Positions 45,040 to 56,400 of a stretch of DNA of 64,000 bases are shown piece after piece. Position 1 is the stretch's first letter. Each line of letters begins with the position of its first letter. The notes beneath the pieces were generated by a model. That model was not told the DNA's origin and ran no database searches. It saw only the letters and a list, made by a program, of their open reading frames with translations. Source of the stretch: Rebecca billardiae RCC1528 (lineage: Eukaryota > Protista > Haptophyta); NCBI GenBank assembly GCA_965240325.2, contig OZ251246.1:62001-126000 (forward strand). The letters are read 5' to 3'. The position numbers were made by a program, and so were the translations under genes.

Positions 45040-45999
45040 ATGGCGGCGCTTGTGCTCGCCGCCATGGCCGGCACGTGCCTGGCGATGCACGCGGGGCAGG
45101 TGCGCGCGCTGCACGGCGTGCTCACCTCGCCCAAGAACCCGGCGGTTAAGGCGCTCCGCCGCCTCGAGCAGCGCCGCCACCGCGAGGCCGAGGGCCTCGT
45201 GCTGCTCGAGGGCGTGAGGCTGGTGGCGGACGCGCTCGCGGCCGGCTGCGAGCCCACGGCCGTGCTCGTGACGGAGGCGGTGCTCGGGGAGCACGCGGAG
45301 CTGCGCCGCGCGTGCGAGGCGATGGGCGAGGGCGTCGTCTCGCTCGCCGACGAGCGCGCCGTCGCCGCCGCGTGCACCACCGTCACGCCGCAGGGCGTCG
45401 TCGCCGCGGTGCGCCGGCCCGCGCCGCTCGCGCGCGCGCCCGACGGCGCGTCGCTCGTGCTCGTGCTCGACGGCGTGAGCGACCCGGGGAACGTGGGCAC
45501 GCTGGTCCGTGGGGCGGCGGGGTTCGGCTGCGACGCCGTCCTCTGCGTCGGCGCGTGCGCCGACGTGTGGGCGCCCAAGGCGCTGCGCGCCGCGATGGGC
45601 GCCACGTTCCGCGTGCCGCAGCTGGCGCCCGCGCGAGCGTGGGCGGACGCGCGGCGCGAGCTCGAGCGCGCGGGGCTGCGGGCGTGCGCGGCGGACGGCA
45701 GCGCGGGCGCGTGCGCGCACTACGACGTGGACTGGACGGCGCCCGCCGCCGTGCTCGTCGGCAGCGAGGGCGCGGGCCTCTCCGCCGACGTGCGCGAAGA
45801 CGTGCGCGCGGGCACCGTCGCACCGGTCGCCATCCCGATGGCCGCCGGCCTCGAGTCGCTCAACGCGGCGATGGCGGGCACAGTCATCCTCGCCGAGGCG
45901 GCGCGGCAGCGCGCGGCGGCGGTGGGGCGGCGGACGGGCGGCGCGGTGGGCGCGGGCGGTGCTGGTGGCAGCGCGTCGACCCGGCATCAGCGCGGCTGA
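45040..45999 (+). CDS. TrmH/SpoU-family RNA 2'-O-ribose methyltransferase, probably organelle-targeted
   Basis: TSPKNPAVK, LLEGVRLV, LVLDGVSDPGNVGTLVR, VLVGSEGAGL and IPMAAGLESLNAAMA; hydrophobic leader. Confidence 0.92.
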   Translation: MAALVLAAMAGTCLAMHAGQVRALHGVLTSPKNPAVKALRRLEQRRHREAEGLVLLEGVRLVADALAAGCEPTAVLVTEAVLGEHAELRRACEAMGEGVVSLADERAVAAACTTVTPQGVVAAVRRPAPLARAPDGASLVLVLDGVSDPGNVGTLVRGAAGFGCDAVLCVGACADVWAPKALRAAMGATFRVPQLAPARAWADARRELERAGLRACAADGSAGACAHYDVDWTAPAAVLVGSEGAGLSADVREDVRAGTVAPVAIPMAAGLESLNAAMAGTVILAEAARQRAAAVGRRTGGAVGAGGAGGSASTRHQRG

Positions 46000-46437
46000 T
46001 GAGGGACACTGACAGTGACACTCTGACGGCTCACAGCGACGACCGCCGCCTGCTGCTTCGGCGCGCCGCGGACTCGTCATCATCAGGATTCGTCGGCGGG
46101 ATCGTTTTTTATTTCGCGGCGGCTTTTTTCATCAGCCTCAGTCACTCTTCATCAGGCCCCGCCCTTCTGAGCTAGTCCGCGTCGTCGTGACCGGGCGGCG
46201 CGCGGACCGTCCGGGCGCTGCTTAGTCGTATATACCGTCGTACGCGGTCGGACCGCGAACCGTGCCCGTGGCCGTGTCGGCCCGTGGCGGCGAGCCCGAC
46301 GCGGGCGGGTCACTCGGAACCCGCCGGGAGCCGCCAGCAGAGCCCGGGAGAGCCTGCTGCTATACGCGACGACTTGCGCACGCGTCGCACGCGAGCATTT
46401 GCCCCGGCGCGCGGCTTACTAATATATATATGATGGC

Positions 46438-47240
46438 CTATGTCTCGTCCTTGGGCGCGTTGGCAGCAGCAGCGGGCTCGGTCCAGCCCGCCCACTCGTC
46501 CTCCGCGGCTTCGAGCTCGCGCTCTCGCTTCCGCAGCTCCTGCATCTCCTTCCACTTGCGCTGCACGATGTCCTGGTAGCTGCCCTTGCGGCCGAGCCGC
46601 TCCCACTCCTTCTCCGCCTCCTTCGTCACCTCGTCCAGGTTGGGCATGTCGCCCTTCTGCCGGTCCTCGATGCGCTTGCGCTGCCAGTAGTCCTCGACCG
46701 CGCGCGTGAGCTCGCGGTCGTACCGCGGCACGGGCACGCCGCGCTTGCCCGTCTTGATCTCGATCTCGTCGAGCTCCTCGTCGTAGTCCTTGTACTTTGC
46801 CCAGTCGACGCTCATCTGCGGGTGCTGCGTCGTCCCCTTGAGCAGCTGGAACCAGCGCACCTGCGTCTCGGCCTTCCACAGCGTGAGCTCGATGCGGTCG
46901 CGGTGCGTGAACCACTTGCTCCGCCCGGCGTCGATCTTGCCGTAGAGGGCGAGGTCGAGGGTGTACGTCTGCCCGTCGTGCTGGCTGCGCGCGCGCACGT
47001 GCACCTCGCCCTCGTCGCGCAGATCGATCGACTCCTCCGTGAGCGAGGGCACGAGCACAGTGAGGAAGACTTTGTCCACGCGCTCCGCCCACTTGAACGC
47101 GGGCGTGCTGTCGGGGCGGGGGGAAGAGGCGTGGGCGGGTGGCGGGCGGGGCGGGACGTGGCCACGGCGGGGAGGCGGGCGTGCGCGCACGGTGAGGGCA
47201 GCCCAAAGAGTCCGAGCGCGACGACGGCCAGCGCCGCCAT
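46438..47240 (-). CDS. p23/CS-domain protein with signal peptide and KDET C-terminus (exons 47240-47191, 47107-46438)
   Basis: PAFKWAERVDKVFLTV...LDLALYGKID...SKW...WFQLLK...MSVDWAKYKDYDEE is the p23 signature. An 83-nt GT-AG intron joins MAALAVVALGLFGLPSP in frame. Confidence 0.8.
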
Positions 47241-47417
47241 TGATATGATGAACAGCGTGGGTGGGCCCGGCCGCGGGGCCCGGCGTCTGGACTGAACGGA
47301 ATCAGATCCGCGGGCCGGGCCCGCCCTTTCGAGTTTTGGATGACGATTATGTTTTCCAGTTTTCGGCCGCAAGAACGGCCTCTCGTCGGCTCAGCAGGAC
47401 GCACGGGACCGCCCACG

Positions 47418-49202
47418 ATGGCGGCCGCGCGCGGCAAGGCCGTGCGCCGGCCGCCCTCGCGAGCGCTCCTCGCGCTCGCGCTGGGCGCGTGCGTGCTCGT
47501 CGGCTTGCGCTCGTGGGCGCACACGAGCGCCGCGCGCGCCGCTGCCGCCTCGCCCGCGCTCGTCCTCCTCCCGCCCGTCCCGCCCGTGCGCTCGGTGCAG
47601 ATCCGCGCCGAGCTGCCGCAGCTGTGGGCGGAGGAGCGCTTCGAGTCGGGCGTGGAGGTGGGCGTGCACCAGGGCGGCTGGAGCGGGTGGGTGCTCTCGC
47701 GCTGGGCCTCGTGCGCCTCGTACACGCTCGTCGACCCGTGGGCGCACCAGCAGCACTACGCCGACGGCGCGAACCACGAGCAGGCTCAGCAGGAGGCCAA
47801 CATGGCGCTCGCGCTCGCGCGCACTGCGCCGTACGGGCGCAAGGTGCGCGTGCTGCGCAACGCGTCGCTCGACGCGGCGGCGCAGTTCGCGGACGGCTCC
47901 GTCGACGTGGTGTACATCGACGCGCGGCACGACTACACCTCCGTCTCCGCCGACCTCCGCGCGTGGTGGCGCGTGGTGCGGCCTGGCGGGCTGCTGTGCG
48001 GCCACGACTACGTGGACGCGGCCGAGGAGCACGAGTGGCGCACGTGCACCGGGCTGTTCGGCAGCCACCCGCTGTTCGCGCCGGACTGCACGCCGTGTGG
48101 CGGCGGCGCGCCCGGCGGGCACGGCTGCGCCGCCGACTGGTCCGTGCAGCCCGACGGCTCGCGCGAGCGCCGCGCGCGCGCCGTCAAGTCGGCGGTGGAC
48201 GAGTTCGCGGCCGCGCGCTCCGTGCAGCCGCAGGTGACGTACAAGGACGAGGCGTCGTCCTTCTTCTGGGAGTCGTGGGTGCTGCGCAAGCCGCCGTCGC
48301 TCGCCGTGTCCGGGCACCTCGCCACCGCGCTCGGCGGCGCGGCCGACGCGCCGCGCCGCGCCGCCATGCCGCGCGCGCTGCCGCTGCCCACCTTCCGCTC
48401 GCGCGCCGAGCTGCTCACAGCCACGCTGCCGCGGCTGCGGCTGAGGCGCGGCCTCGAGCTGGGGCAGCCGCTGCTCGACGAGCTCGCGCTGCCCGGGCCG
48501 TGGGCGGGGTGCGAGTCGTACGTCGCCGTGCGCCAGCGCCCGGCCGGCGGCGCGGCCGGCGCAGCCGGCGCCGACGGCGGCGCGGCCGGCGCCGCCGACG
48601 GCGGCGGCGAGCGCGGGGGCGGCGGGGGCGGCTGGCGCGCGTGGCTCCGCGGCGCGGCGAGCGCAAGCGCGCCGGCGGGGCGCGCGCGCGCGCGCACGCG
48701 CGTGGTCGACGACCTGCGCCGCGCGCACGAGCGCGTGCCCAACGCGTCGCTCGACTTCGTCTGGCTCGGCCTCAGCGTCGGCTTCTCGCACGGCGCGCTC
48801 GGCGACGCGATGCGCGCGTGGTGGCCCAAGCTGGCGCGCGGCGGCGTGCTCGCAGGCCCCGCGTACGTGGAGGTGCGCGAGCTCGAGGAGCGCGCCAACT
48901 GCTCGGGGCTGGTCGAGAGCACGCTGCGCTGGCGCCGGCTGTGCACGCGCGTGTGCACCGCGCCGGTGCGCACGCCGCGCGACGCGCTCGAGCTCGCCGC
49001 GCGCGCCGACTCGGACGCGCGCCGCTGCCTGCCCGACCTGCGCACGCAGCCGGACGGCTCGCTCGAGCCCGCGCGCGGGCTGCGCTCGGCGGTCGACGCG
49101 TTCGCCCGGCAGCACAGCCGGCAGGTGCAGCTCGGGTACCGCGAGACGGGGCTGCCGGCGGCGCTGCCGCTCTTCTTCACCACGTGGGCGCTGCGTGCAT
49201 GA
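47418..49202 (+). CDS. Type II membrane class I SAM methyltransferase (Methyltransf_24-like), tandem domains, second degenerate
   Basis: TM ALLALALGACVLVGL; GVEVGVHQG, LVDPW, DVVYIDARHDY and RPGGLLCGHDY; second copy GLELGQ, LDFVWL and KLARGGVLAGPAY. Confidence 0.85.
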   Translation: MAAARGKAVRRPPSRALLALALGACVLVGLRSWAHTSAARAAAASPALVLLPPVPPVRSVQIRAELPQLWAEERFESGVEVGVHQGGWSGWVLSRWASCASYTLVDPWAHQQHYADGANHEQAQQEANMALALARTAPYGRKVRVLRNASLDAAAQFADGSVDVVYIDARHDYTSVSADLRAWWRVVRPGGLLCGHDYVDAAEEHEWRTCTGLFGSHPLFAPDCTPCGGGAPGGHGCAADWSVQPDGSRERRARAVKSAVDEFAAARSVQPQVTYKDEASSFFWESWVLRKPPSLAVSGHLATALGGAADAPRRAAMPRALPLPTFRSRAELLTATLPRLRLRRGLELGQPLLDELALPGPWAGCESYVAVRQRPAGGAAGAAGADGGAAGAADGGGERGGGGGGWRAWLRGAASASAPAGRARARTRVVDDLRRAHERVPNASLDFVWLGLSVGFSHGALGDAMRAWWPKLARGGVLAGPAYVEVRELEERANCSGLVESTLRWRRLCTRVCTAPVRTPRDALELAARADSDARRCLPDLRTQPDGSLEPARGLRSAVDAFARQHSRQVQLGYRETGLPAALPLFFTTWALRA

Positions 49203-49770
49203 TGGAGTCGGATCTCCTCGCGCTGCAGCTGCTCTGCGAGTGGCGCGGTCGCTGCACTGCCGAGCTGCTCGGCCAGCGGGTCGGGCGCAGCGGAGCGCTG
49301 CTTGCACAGGCGGAGCGCGGCGGTGGCCGTACTCCTCCAGCGCGGCCGCCCGCACAAGGCGGGGAGGTTCCAGCCGCGCAACCGCGATATTGGATTTGGC
49401 AGCCAGGCGCGCCGCGCCGGCATATAAGATGATGACTACCGCAGACTGGTGCCGACGAGACAGAGAGTGCGGAGTGCCTGATGTCGATGACTACAATAAC
49501 GTACGTCGTAGTAGTATAGCAGCAGAGTGAGGCAGTATAGTGAGGGCCCCGGCGGGGCTCCACGCTACGCGGCGCCCTGCCCTGCACGCCGCGGGCCATA
49601 ATTTTCAGCCCGCCGTCAGTGTAGTTGAAGCAGTAGTTGCTGAATAACCTACTGGCTGGCTGCGCGCTATCGGGCCGATCGGGCCGATCGGGGCCACCGC
49701 GTGACCCGGTGAGCGGAGACCCGGCCGCCGGCACTCTGACAGTCTCTGACTCGTCAGCCGCTACGGAGGC

Positions 49771-50465
49771 TCACTCAGCCGAGGTTGCACTCGGATCGCC
49801 GCCCGTCACCTCGAGCAGCTCGTCCTCGCGACCCGGGAGCGAGACGAGCTCGAGCTTGTACGTGAGCGGCGCGTTGGGCGGGATGGACGGCTGGCCGGGC
49901 GTGGCCTTCTTGCCCGACTTGCCAAAGCCCTGCTCGCCCGTCAGCTCGAGCTGCCAGATGTCGCCGACGTGCATGAGCTTGACGGCCTCCTCCACGCCCG
50001 GAACGAGGTTGCCGCTGCCAACGCCTGCGGGGCCACGGGCGCGCCGCGGCGCCAGCGCGCCCCGGGTGAGCATCGCGGCGCACGCGCTGCGCGGCGGGGG
50101 ACGCGGGCGGGGCGCGCACGGTGGTAGTAGTAGTCGTTCTTCTGGTAGAGGTCGTCGAAGACCTTGCCGTTGAAGGATGCCTGCCAGCGCAGCACGACCA
50201 GCTCGCCCACCACGGGCACCTGCCCTTTGCCCTGCTGGAGCACCTTGTAATTCAGGCTGGACGCGCCCGTCTCCGCCGAGCATGCCGAGAGCAGCGGCGA
50301 GAGCGCCGCCGCGCCGAGCACGGTGCCAAAGCCGCGCCGCGTGGTGCGTGCGGGGGCGCGCGCGCACGCCGGCGCTGCCACGCTCGGCGCTGCCGCCGGG
50401 CGGCCGGTGGCCAGGCCGCACGCCAGCGGGCACGCCGCGAGCAGCACGATGGACGTCGGCGTCAT
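49771..50465 (-). CDS. FKBP-type peptidyl-prolyl isomerase, probably thylakoid-lumen (exons 50465-50120, 50024-49771)
   Basis: YKVLQQGKG, GKVFDD, VGSGNLVPGVEEAVKLMHVG and IPPNAPLTYKLELVSLPG; signal peptide followed by twin-Arg TRRGF and a hydrophobic stretch. Confidence 0.88.
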
Positions 50466-50610
50466 CCCGATGGAAGCGCGCGCCGATCTCGCTGCTGCTG
50501 ATTGCGGCCCTGCGGCGGTGGCGGCTGCCCACGGGCGGGGTCGCTCGCAGCGGCCAGGACTCGCACTGCCGCTCCGCTGGGCGCGGGCTCGTCTGCATCG
50601 AAGAATCAGG

Positions 50611-51900
50611 ATGGCGAAGCTCCGCGTCGCGACGCTGCTGCTCGCCGCCGCCGCGGCGGCGTCGGCGCTGCAGTCGGCCGCGGGGGCGCGCGCGCACCCG
50701 GGCGCGCGCGGCGTGCGCGCACGCGCGCGGCCATGCACGCGCTCGCGGTCCTCGGCCTTCGCGAGCGCGTCCGGCGGCGCGCGCGCCGTGTGGGAGGAGG
50801 CGGCGGGCTGCCACGTCGTGCGGCCCGCGGGCACGCCTCGCGCGGTGGTGCACTTCTTGGGCGGCGTGTTCGCCTCGCCCTCGCCGCAGGTGCTCTACCG
50901 CGCCTTCCTCGAGCGCCTCGCCGCCCGCGGCTACCTCGTCGTCGCCACGCCGTACGCCTCCCGCTTCGACTACCTGCAGGTGGCGGACGAGGTGCTGAGC
51001 GCGTACGAGGCGGCGCTGCCCGCGGCGCTCGCGCCGTACGGCGAGGCGGGCGCGGGGCTGGCGCAGCTGGGCGTGGGGCACTCGCTCGGCGCGCTGATGC
51101 TCACGATCATCGGCTCGCTCTTCGCCGACAGCGCGCCGCCGTACGCGGGCGCGGCGCTCCTCGCGCACAACAACAAGCAGCTGAGCGACGCCGTGCCCGG
51201 CTTCGAGGCGCTCGTGGCGCCGGCGCTCGCGCCGTACGCGTCGCTCGCGGGGCTGCCGTCGTACAGGCCGTTCCTCGAGGCGGCGAGCTCCCTGCGCACG
51301 AGCACGCTCGCCCTCGCGCGCGACGCCGCCGCCGCCTCGCCCGGCGGGCGCGCGTGGGGCGGGCTGCTGGACGACGTGGCCGCGCTCGGCGCGCTCGCAG
51401 ACCAGCTGCCGCCCCTCTTCGAGGAGATCGCGCAGGGGGTGACGGAGTTCACGCCGGCGCCGGCGGAGCTGCGCGAGGCGCTCGTGGCGTCGTACGCGCT
51501 GCCGAGCACCCTCGTCCTCTCCTTCTCCGACGACTCGATCGACGAGTCGGACAAGGTGGCGGCGGCGCTCGAGGCGCGCGGCGCGGCCGCGCTCGAGCGG
51601 CTCAGCCTGCGCGGCACGCACGTCACGCCGCTCACGCCCGACCCGGCGGCGCTGCCGCTGCAGCTGGCGGAGGGCGCGGCGGTGCCGGCGGGGCTCTCGC
51701 CCACGCAGCTCGCCAAGCTGCTCGACGGCGTGCAGAGCGCCACGCTCGCCGACCTCGAGCGGCTCGTCGACGCGGTCGACGAGTGGGGCGGGCGCGCACT
51801 CGAGCGCCGCGCGGCGGCGGCCGCGGCCCCGCCTGACGCCGCGCCGACGCCCGCGGCGCCGAGCGCGGTGCCAACCGAGCCGCCGCCGGCCTCAGCCTAG
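50611..51900 (+). CDS. DUF1350-like alpha/beta hydrolase, probably plastid-targeted
   Basis: PRAVVHFLGG, PQVLYRAFLERL, GYLVVATPY, GVGHSLGA, FSDDSIDES and GTHVTP; signal peptide. Confidence 0.82.
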   Translation: MAKLRVATLLLAAAAAASALQSAAGARAHPGARGVRARARPCTRSRSSAFASASGGARAVWEEAAGCHVVRPAGTPRAVVHFLGGVFASPSPQVLYRAFLERLAARGYLVVATPYASRFDYLQVADEVLSAYEAALPAALAPYGEAGAGLAQLGVGHSLGALMLTIIGSLFADSAPPYAGAALLAHNNKQLSDAVPGFEALVAPALAPYASLAGLPSYRPFLEAASSLRTSTLALARDAAAASPGGRAWGGLLDDVAALGALADQLPPLFEEIAQGVTEFTPAPAELREALVASYALPSTLVLSFSDDSIDESDKVAAALEARGAAALERLSLRGTHVTPLTPDPAALPLQLAEGAAVPAGLSPTQLAKLLDGVQSATLADLERLVDAVDEWGGRALERRAAAAAAPPDAAPTPAAPSAVPTEPPPASA

Positions 51901-52473
51901 CCCGGTTCGCACGGCTGACTCCGACGACGTGCATTCAATGGATTGGTGATGCAACGGGCAGTCGGCGGCGGCAGCATGGCACTCTCATTGTCACATCTGG
52001 ATCGCCACCGGGGATCCGCCTATATTCCTAAGCCGCTCTGCCCGCCGCCGCCGGCTCCGGCGGCGCGGACTGAGGGTGCAACGGCACTATATATAGCTCC
52101 CCTCCGCCCTGGCAGAGGGTGCCGTGCAATCTGAATGATAACGGCTGATGCATGACGATGCTTCAGCTTGGCTGCAGACAGTGCGTGACTGTCGGCCGAG
52201 CTGTGTCGCGCGGCCGGGAGGCGCCCGGCGCTAACTAACATCACTCACATCAGTCCGTAATGCCATCCGTGAAGACCGGCGGCGGACGATGAGCAGCTTA
52301 TACGCGACTACATCAACTAGCGAGCGCAGCAGTATAGTGCTGATGCACGTATAAATATACTCAGACGACTCGGTGCGCGCGGCCTAGCGCATTCTGGCCG
52401 GCCGCCCCCCGGGCGGTGCAGCCGAGTGTCATGGCTGAACGGTAGCAGCTAGTACTACCGGGGCAGCAGTAAT

Positions 52474-53161
52474 TTATTCCGCATCAGCGGGCGCCGCTGC
52501 GCGCTCGTCGTCAGCTGGGTCGTCGGAGAGGCCCGCGCCGTATAGCGTGGCGTTGGCGGCGGCGAGCGCCTCGCGCGCCTCGCCTTCGACCGCGCCGGTC
52601 ACCTTGGCCGGCCGCTCGAGCCCGTCCGACGCGTACCAGAGCGCGCACACGTGCGTGTCGCCCTCCGGCATCGGCATCGCCTCGCCCGACTTCTCGCGCA
52701 GCCTGGGCGCGGCGTGGCGCGGCGTGGCGACGGGCGTGAGGCGCACGCGTGCCCGCGTGCGCGGCGTCGCGCGCGGCGTGCGCGGCCGCGCCGCACCAGA
52801 CGGGCGGCCCCTGCGCGAGGAGGCGGCGCGTGGTCGCCGCGCAGTCCGAGTTCTTGAGCTGCTCGGTGTACTCGTCGAACTGCGTGTCGAGCAGGCGGCG
52901 GACGACGGCCTCGGAGAGCTTCGCCGGGCGCCACGTCCCCGACGGCGCGGACTGGTACTCCACGTAGTTCGTCTCGTCGATGTCGTCGAACGTGACCATG
53001 CACTCGAGCCCGTCCGGCGGCGGGCCGTGCGTCGCGCGCGCGTCCTCGGCTGCCGGGGCGCCGGGCGCGGGCTCTGCCATGGCGGCGGCGCTCGGCGCGT
53101 CAGCCGCGTCCTTCCCGGGCGAGAGGAGACTCGCCACGCCGCGCAGGCACGAGCTGAGCAT
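52474..53161 (-). CDS. Conserved-looking hypothetical protein, 2 exons (intron 52796-52703); alternative start 53080
   Basis: Globular sequence LECMVTFDDIDETNYVEYQ...DCAATTRRLLAQGPPVW joined in frame to LREKSGEAMPMPEGDTHVCALWY. Confidence 0.7.
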
Positions 53162-53434
53162 GCACACGCGGCCGCCCGCAGGAGCGGCGACCGCCGCGGC
53201 CTTCAACACCGGTGCACGCTTGGTCCCGCTTGCACGCGCGAGCTCGAGCGGGCGCCCGAGCACCCGCTGCGCACACAGTGCACCGGTGCAGCCTGAATGT
53301 CCGGACAAGGGCCGCCCTCCGGCTGGGCAGGCCGAGGCGTGTCCATCGCCTGCGGCGAGGGCGGCGCAATCTCGGACGAGGCTGACTGCGTGCCGCGAAG
53401 GCCGTCCGCCGCGCGTGGCTGCGGGGCGCGTGAG

Positions 53435-56400
53435 ATGGCCGCGGAGGCGACCCTCGTGCTGCTCAAGCCCGACGCGTACGCGCGTGGGCTGCTCTCCGAG
53501 ATCACCCGCCGCTTCGAGGCCGCCTCGCTCCGCATCGCCGGCCTCAAGCTGCTCATCCCGTCGCGCAAGCTCGCGCGCGCGCACTACGCGCTCGGCTTGC
53601 TCGACGAGGCGGACGGCGCGGACGCGGAGGAGGAGGACGCGCGCGTGGAGCGCGAGCTCGACGAGCGCTCGACGTTCCTGAGCTCCGGCCCCGTCCTCGC
53701 GCTCGTGCTCGAGGGCGCGAGCGCCGTGTCCAAGGCGCTCGCGCTCGCGGGCGAGCGCGACCCGCGCGACGCGCCGCCCGGCACCGTGCGCGGCGACCTC
53801 GCGTCCGCGCCGTCGCGCAACCTGGTGGAGTGCTCGGCGGACGTGGCGACGGCGAAGCGCGAGATCGCGCTGTGGTTCAAGGCCGACGAGCTCGCCGCGC
53901 ACCCGCAGGAGGCCCCCGTCGGCGCGGCGGGCGCGGGCGGCGCCGTGACCGCCGCGGCGCGCGCGGTGCCGCCGGGCGCGCGGCTGCCGCGCAAGGGCGC
54001 GCGCAACGTGCTGGTGACGTCGGCGCTGCCGTACGTGAACAACGTGCCGCACCTGGGGAACATCATCGGCTGCGTCCTCTCCGCCGACGTGTACGCGCGC
54101 TACATGCGCCAGCGCGGCGCCAACGCGATCTACATCTGCGGCACGGACGAGTACGGCACCGCGACCGAGATCAAGGCGCTGGCCGAGGGCCTCACGCCGC
54201 AGCAGATCTGCGACAAGTACCACGCGATCCACAAGGCGGTGTACGAGTGGTTCGACATCCAGTTCGACCACTTCGGCCGCACCTCGCGCCCGTACCAGCG
54301 CGAGATCGCGCAGGCCATCTTCATGGACGTGCACGGCAACGGCTACCTCCTCGAGAAGTCGAACAAGCAGCTCTACTCGGCTGCGCTCGGCAAGTTCCTC
54401 GCCGACCGGTACGTGCAGGGCACGTGCCCGCACTGCGGGTACGACGACGCGCGCGGCGACCAGTGCGACGCGTGCGGCAAGCTGCTCAACCCGACCGAGC
54501 TCGTCAACCCGATCTGCGCCGCGTCGGGCACCAAGCCCGTCGAGCGCGAGACGTCGCACCTGTACCTCGACCTGCCGCGGCTCACGGACGCGCTCACGCG
54601 CTGGATCGAGCGCACGGCCGTCTCGGGCTTCTGGACGAACAACTCGGTGACGACGACGCAGTCGTGGCTCAAGACGGGGCTGCAGCCGCGGTGCATCACG
54701 CGCGACCTCAAGTGGGGCGTGCCCGTCCCGCTGCCCGGCTGGGAGGAGAAGGTCTTCTACGTGTGGTTCGACGCGCCGATCGGGTACATCTCGATCACCG
54801 CCGGGTACGCGGGCGAGGGCTGGCGGCAGTGGTGGCACCCCGCGCCCGAGATGGAGGTGGAGCTCGTGCAGTTCATGGGCAAGGACAACATCCCGTTCCA
54901 CACGGTCATCTTCCCCGCCACGCTCATCGCGACCGGCAAGCCGTGGCTCATGCTGCACCACATCTCCACCACCGAGTACCTCAACTACGAGGACGGCAAG
55001 TTCTCAAAGTCGCGCGGCACCGGCGTGTTCGGCGACGCGGCCAAGGACACGGGCATCCCCGTCGCCGTCTTCCGGTACTACCTGCTCGTCAACCGGCCCG
55101 AGGTCGCCGACTCGGTCTTCAAGTGGGACGACCTCGCCGCCAAGAACAACACCGAGCTGCTCGCCAACCTGGGCAACTTTGTGAACCGCGCCGCGACGTT
55201 CATCAAGTCCAAGTTCGACGGGCGCATCCCGCGGCCCTCGTTCGACGGCCCCACCGAGCGCAAGCTCAAGGCGGACGTGGACGAGGCGCTCGCGGCGTAC
55301 ATCAAGGCGCTCGAGGCCGTGTCGCTCAAGGAGGGCCTGCGAATCGCGATGAACATCTCGCGCCTCGGCAACGTGTACCTGCAGGAGGCCGAGCCGTGGA
55401 AGAAGATCAAGGCGGACAAGGACGCAGCGGGCGTGTGCTGCGCCGTCGCGGCCAACCTGTGCCGCTTGCTCGCCGTGATCTTCGAGCCGTACATGGGCTG
55501 TGCGCGCCGCGCCGCGCGCACGCACCGCCCGGCTCGCGCCGCCGCGCGCGCGCTCGTCTATACCAGGCGCGCCGTCGCACCCTAGCACGGCGCGCCTTGT
55601 TTTCGGAGCGCACACCGATGTCTGCATCAAGCTACACTGGAAGCGACAGACTCCACTCGCCACAGCGATACTTGCTTGCAACACGCAGCCGTCCACCGCG
55701 CCCCCGCCCCCTTCCCCCCCACAGCCGCCGCCTGCACGCACGCGTGTGGCATGCCTCACTCGCGCCGACCACCGCCCATGCGGCGCGCGCGTCGCTCACC
55801 CGCCGCCCGCAGCTGAGTTTGCTGCGCGCGTGTTTGGCATGTTTGGGCTCGAGCACAACGCGCGCACCAACTTCATCCCAGACACATTCGAGATCACGAT
55901 GCCCGAGGGCCACGCCATCGGCGAGCCCGTCCTCCTCTTCAAGACGATCACGGACGAGGAGGTCGCCGCCCTCCGGAAACGGTTTGGCGGCACGCAGGAG
56001 GATGCCGCGCCCCAGGACGTCGAGCCCGTCTTCGCCCCGGACCTGCGTGTCGGGCGGATCGTCAGCGCGGACGACCACCCGGAGTCGGCAGATAGGCTGT
56101 GGGTGCTCAAGGTCGACCTGGGCAGCGAGACACGCCAGATCGTCGCCGGCGTGCGCGAGTACTACAAGACACCGGCGGAGCTCATTGGTCGCGGTGTGGT
56201 TATTGTGTGCAACCTCAAGGCCGTCTCACTGCGCGGCGTCGAGTCGCAGGGCATGATGCTGGCCGCCACGCGCAAGGACGCCTTTGGCCTGCTCCGCGCG
56301 CCGGAATCTGCGACACCGGGCAGCAGGGTTAACGCCGGTGATCTGCGCAACCCGGGTGAGGAGGTACGTGCTCACCCCCGCGTGTGCGAGCACGCGCGCG

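Noticed and set aside
49781-49792. GAGGTTGCACTC as a palindrome-family copy
   Set aside because: Too diverged and not a perfect palindrome.
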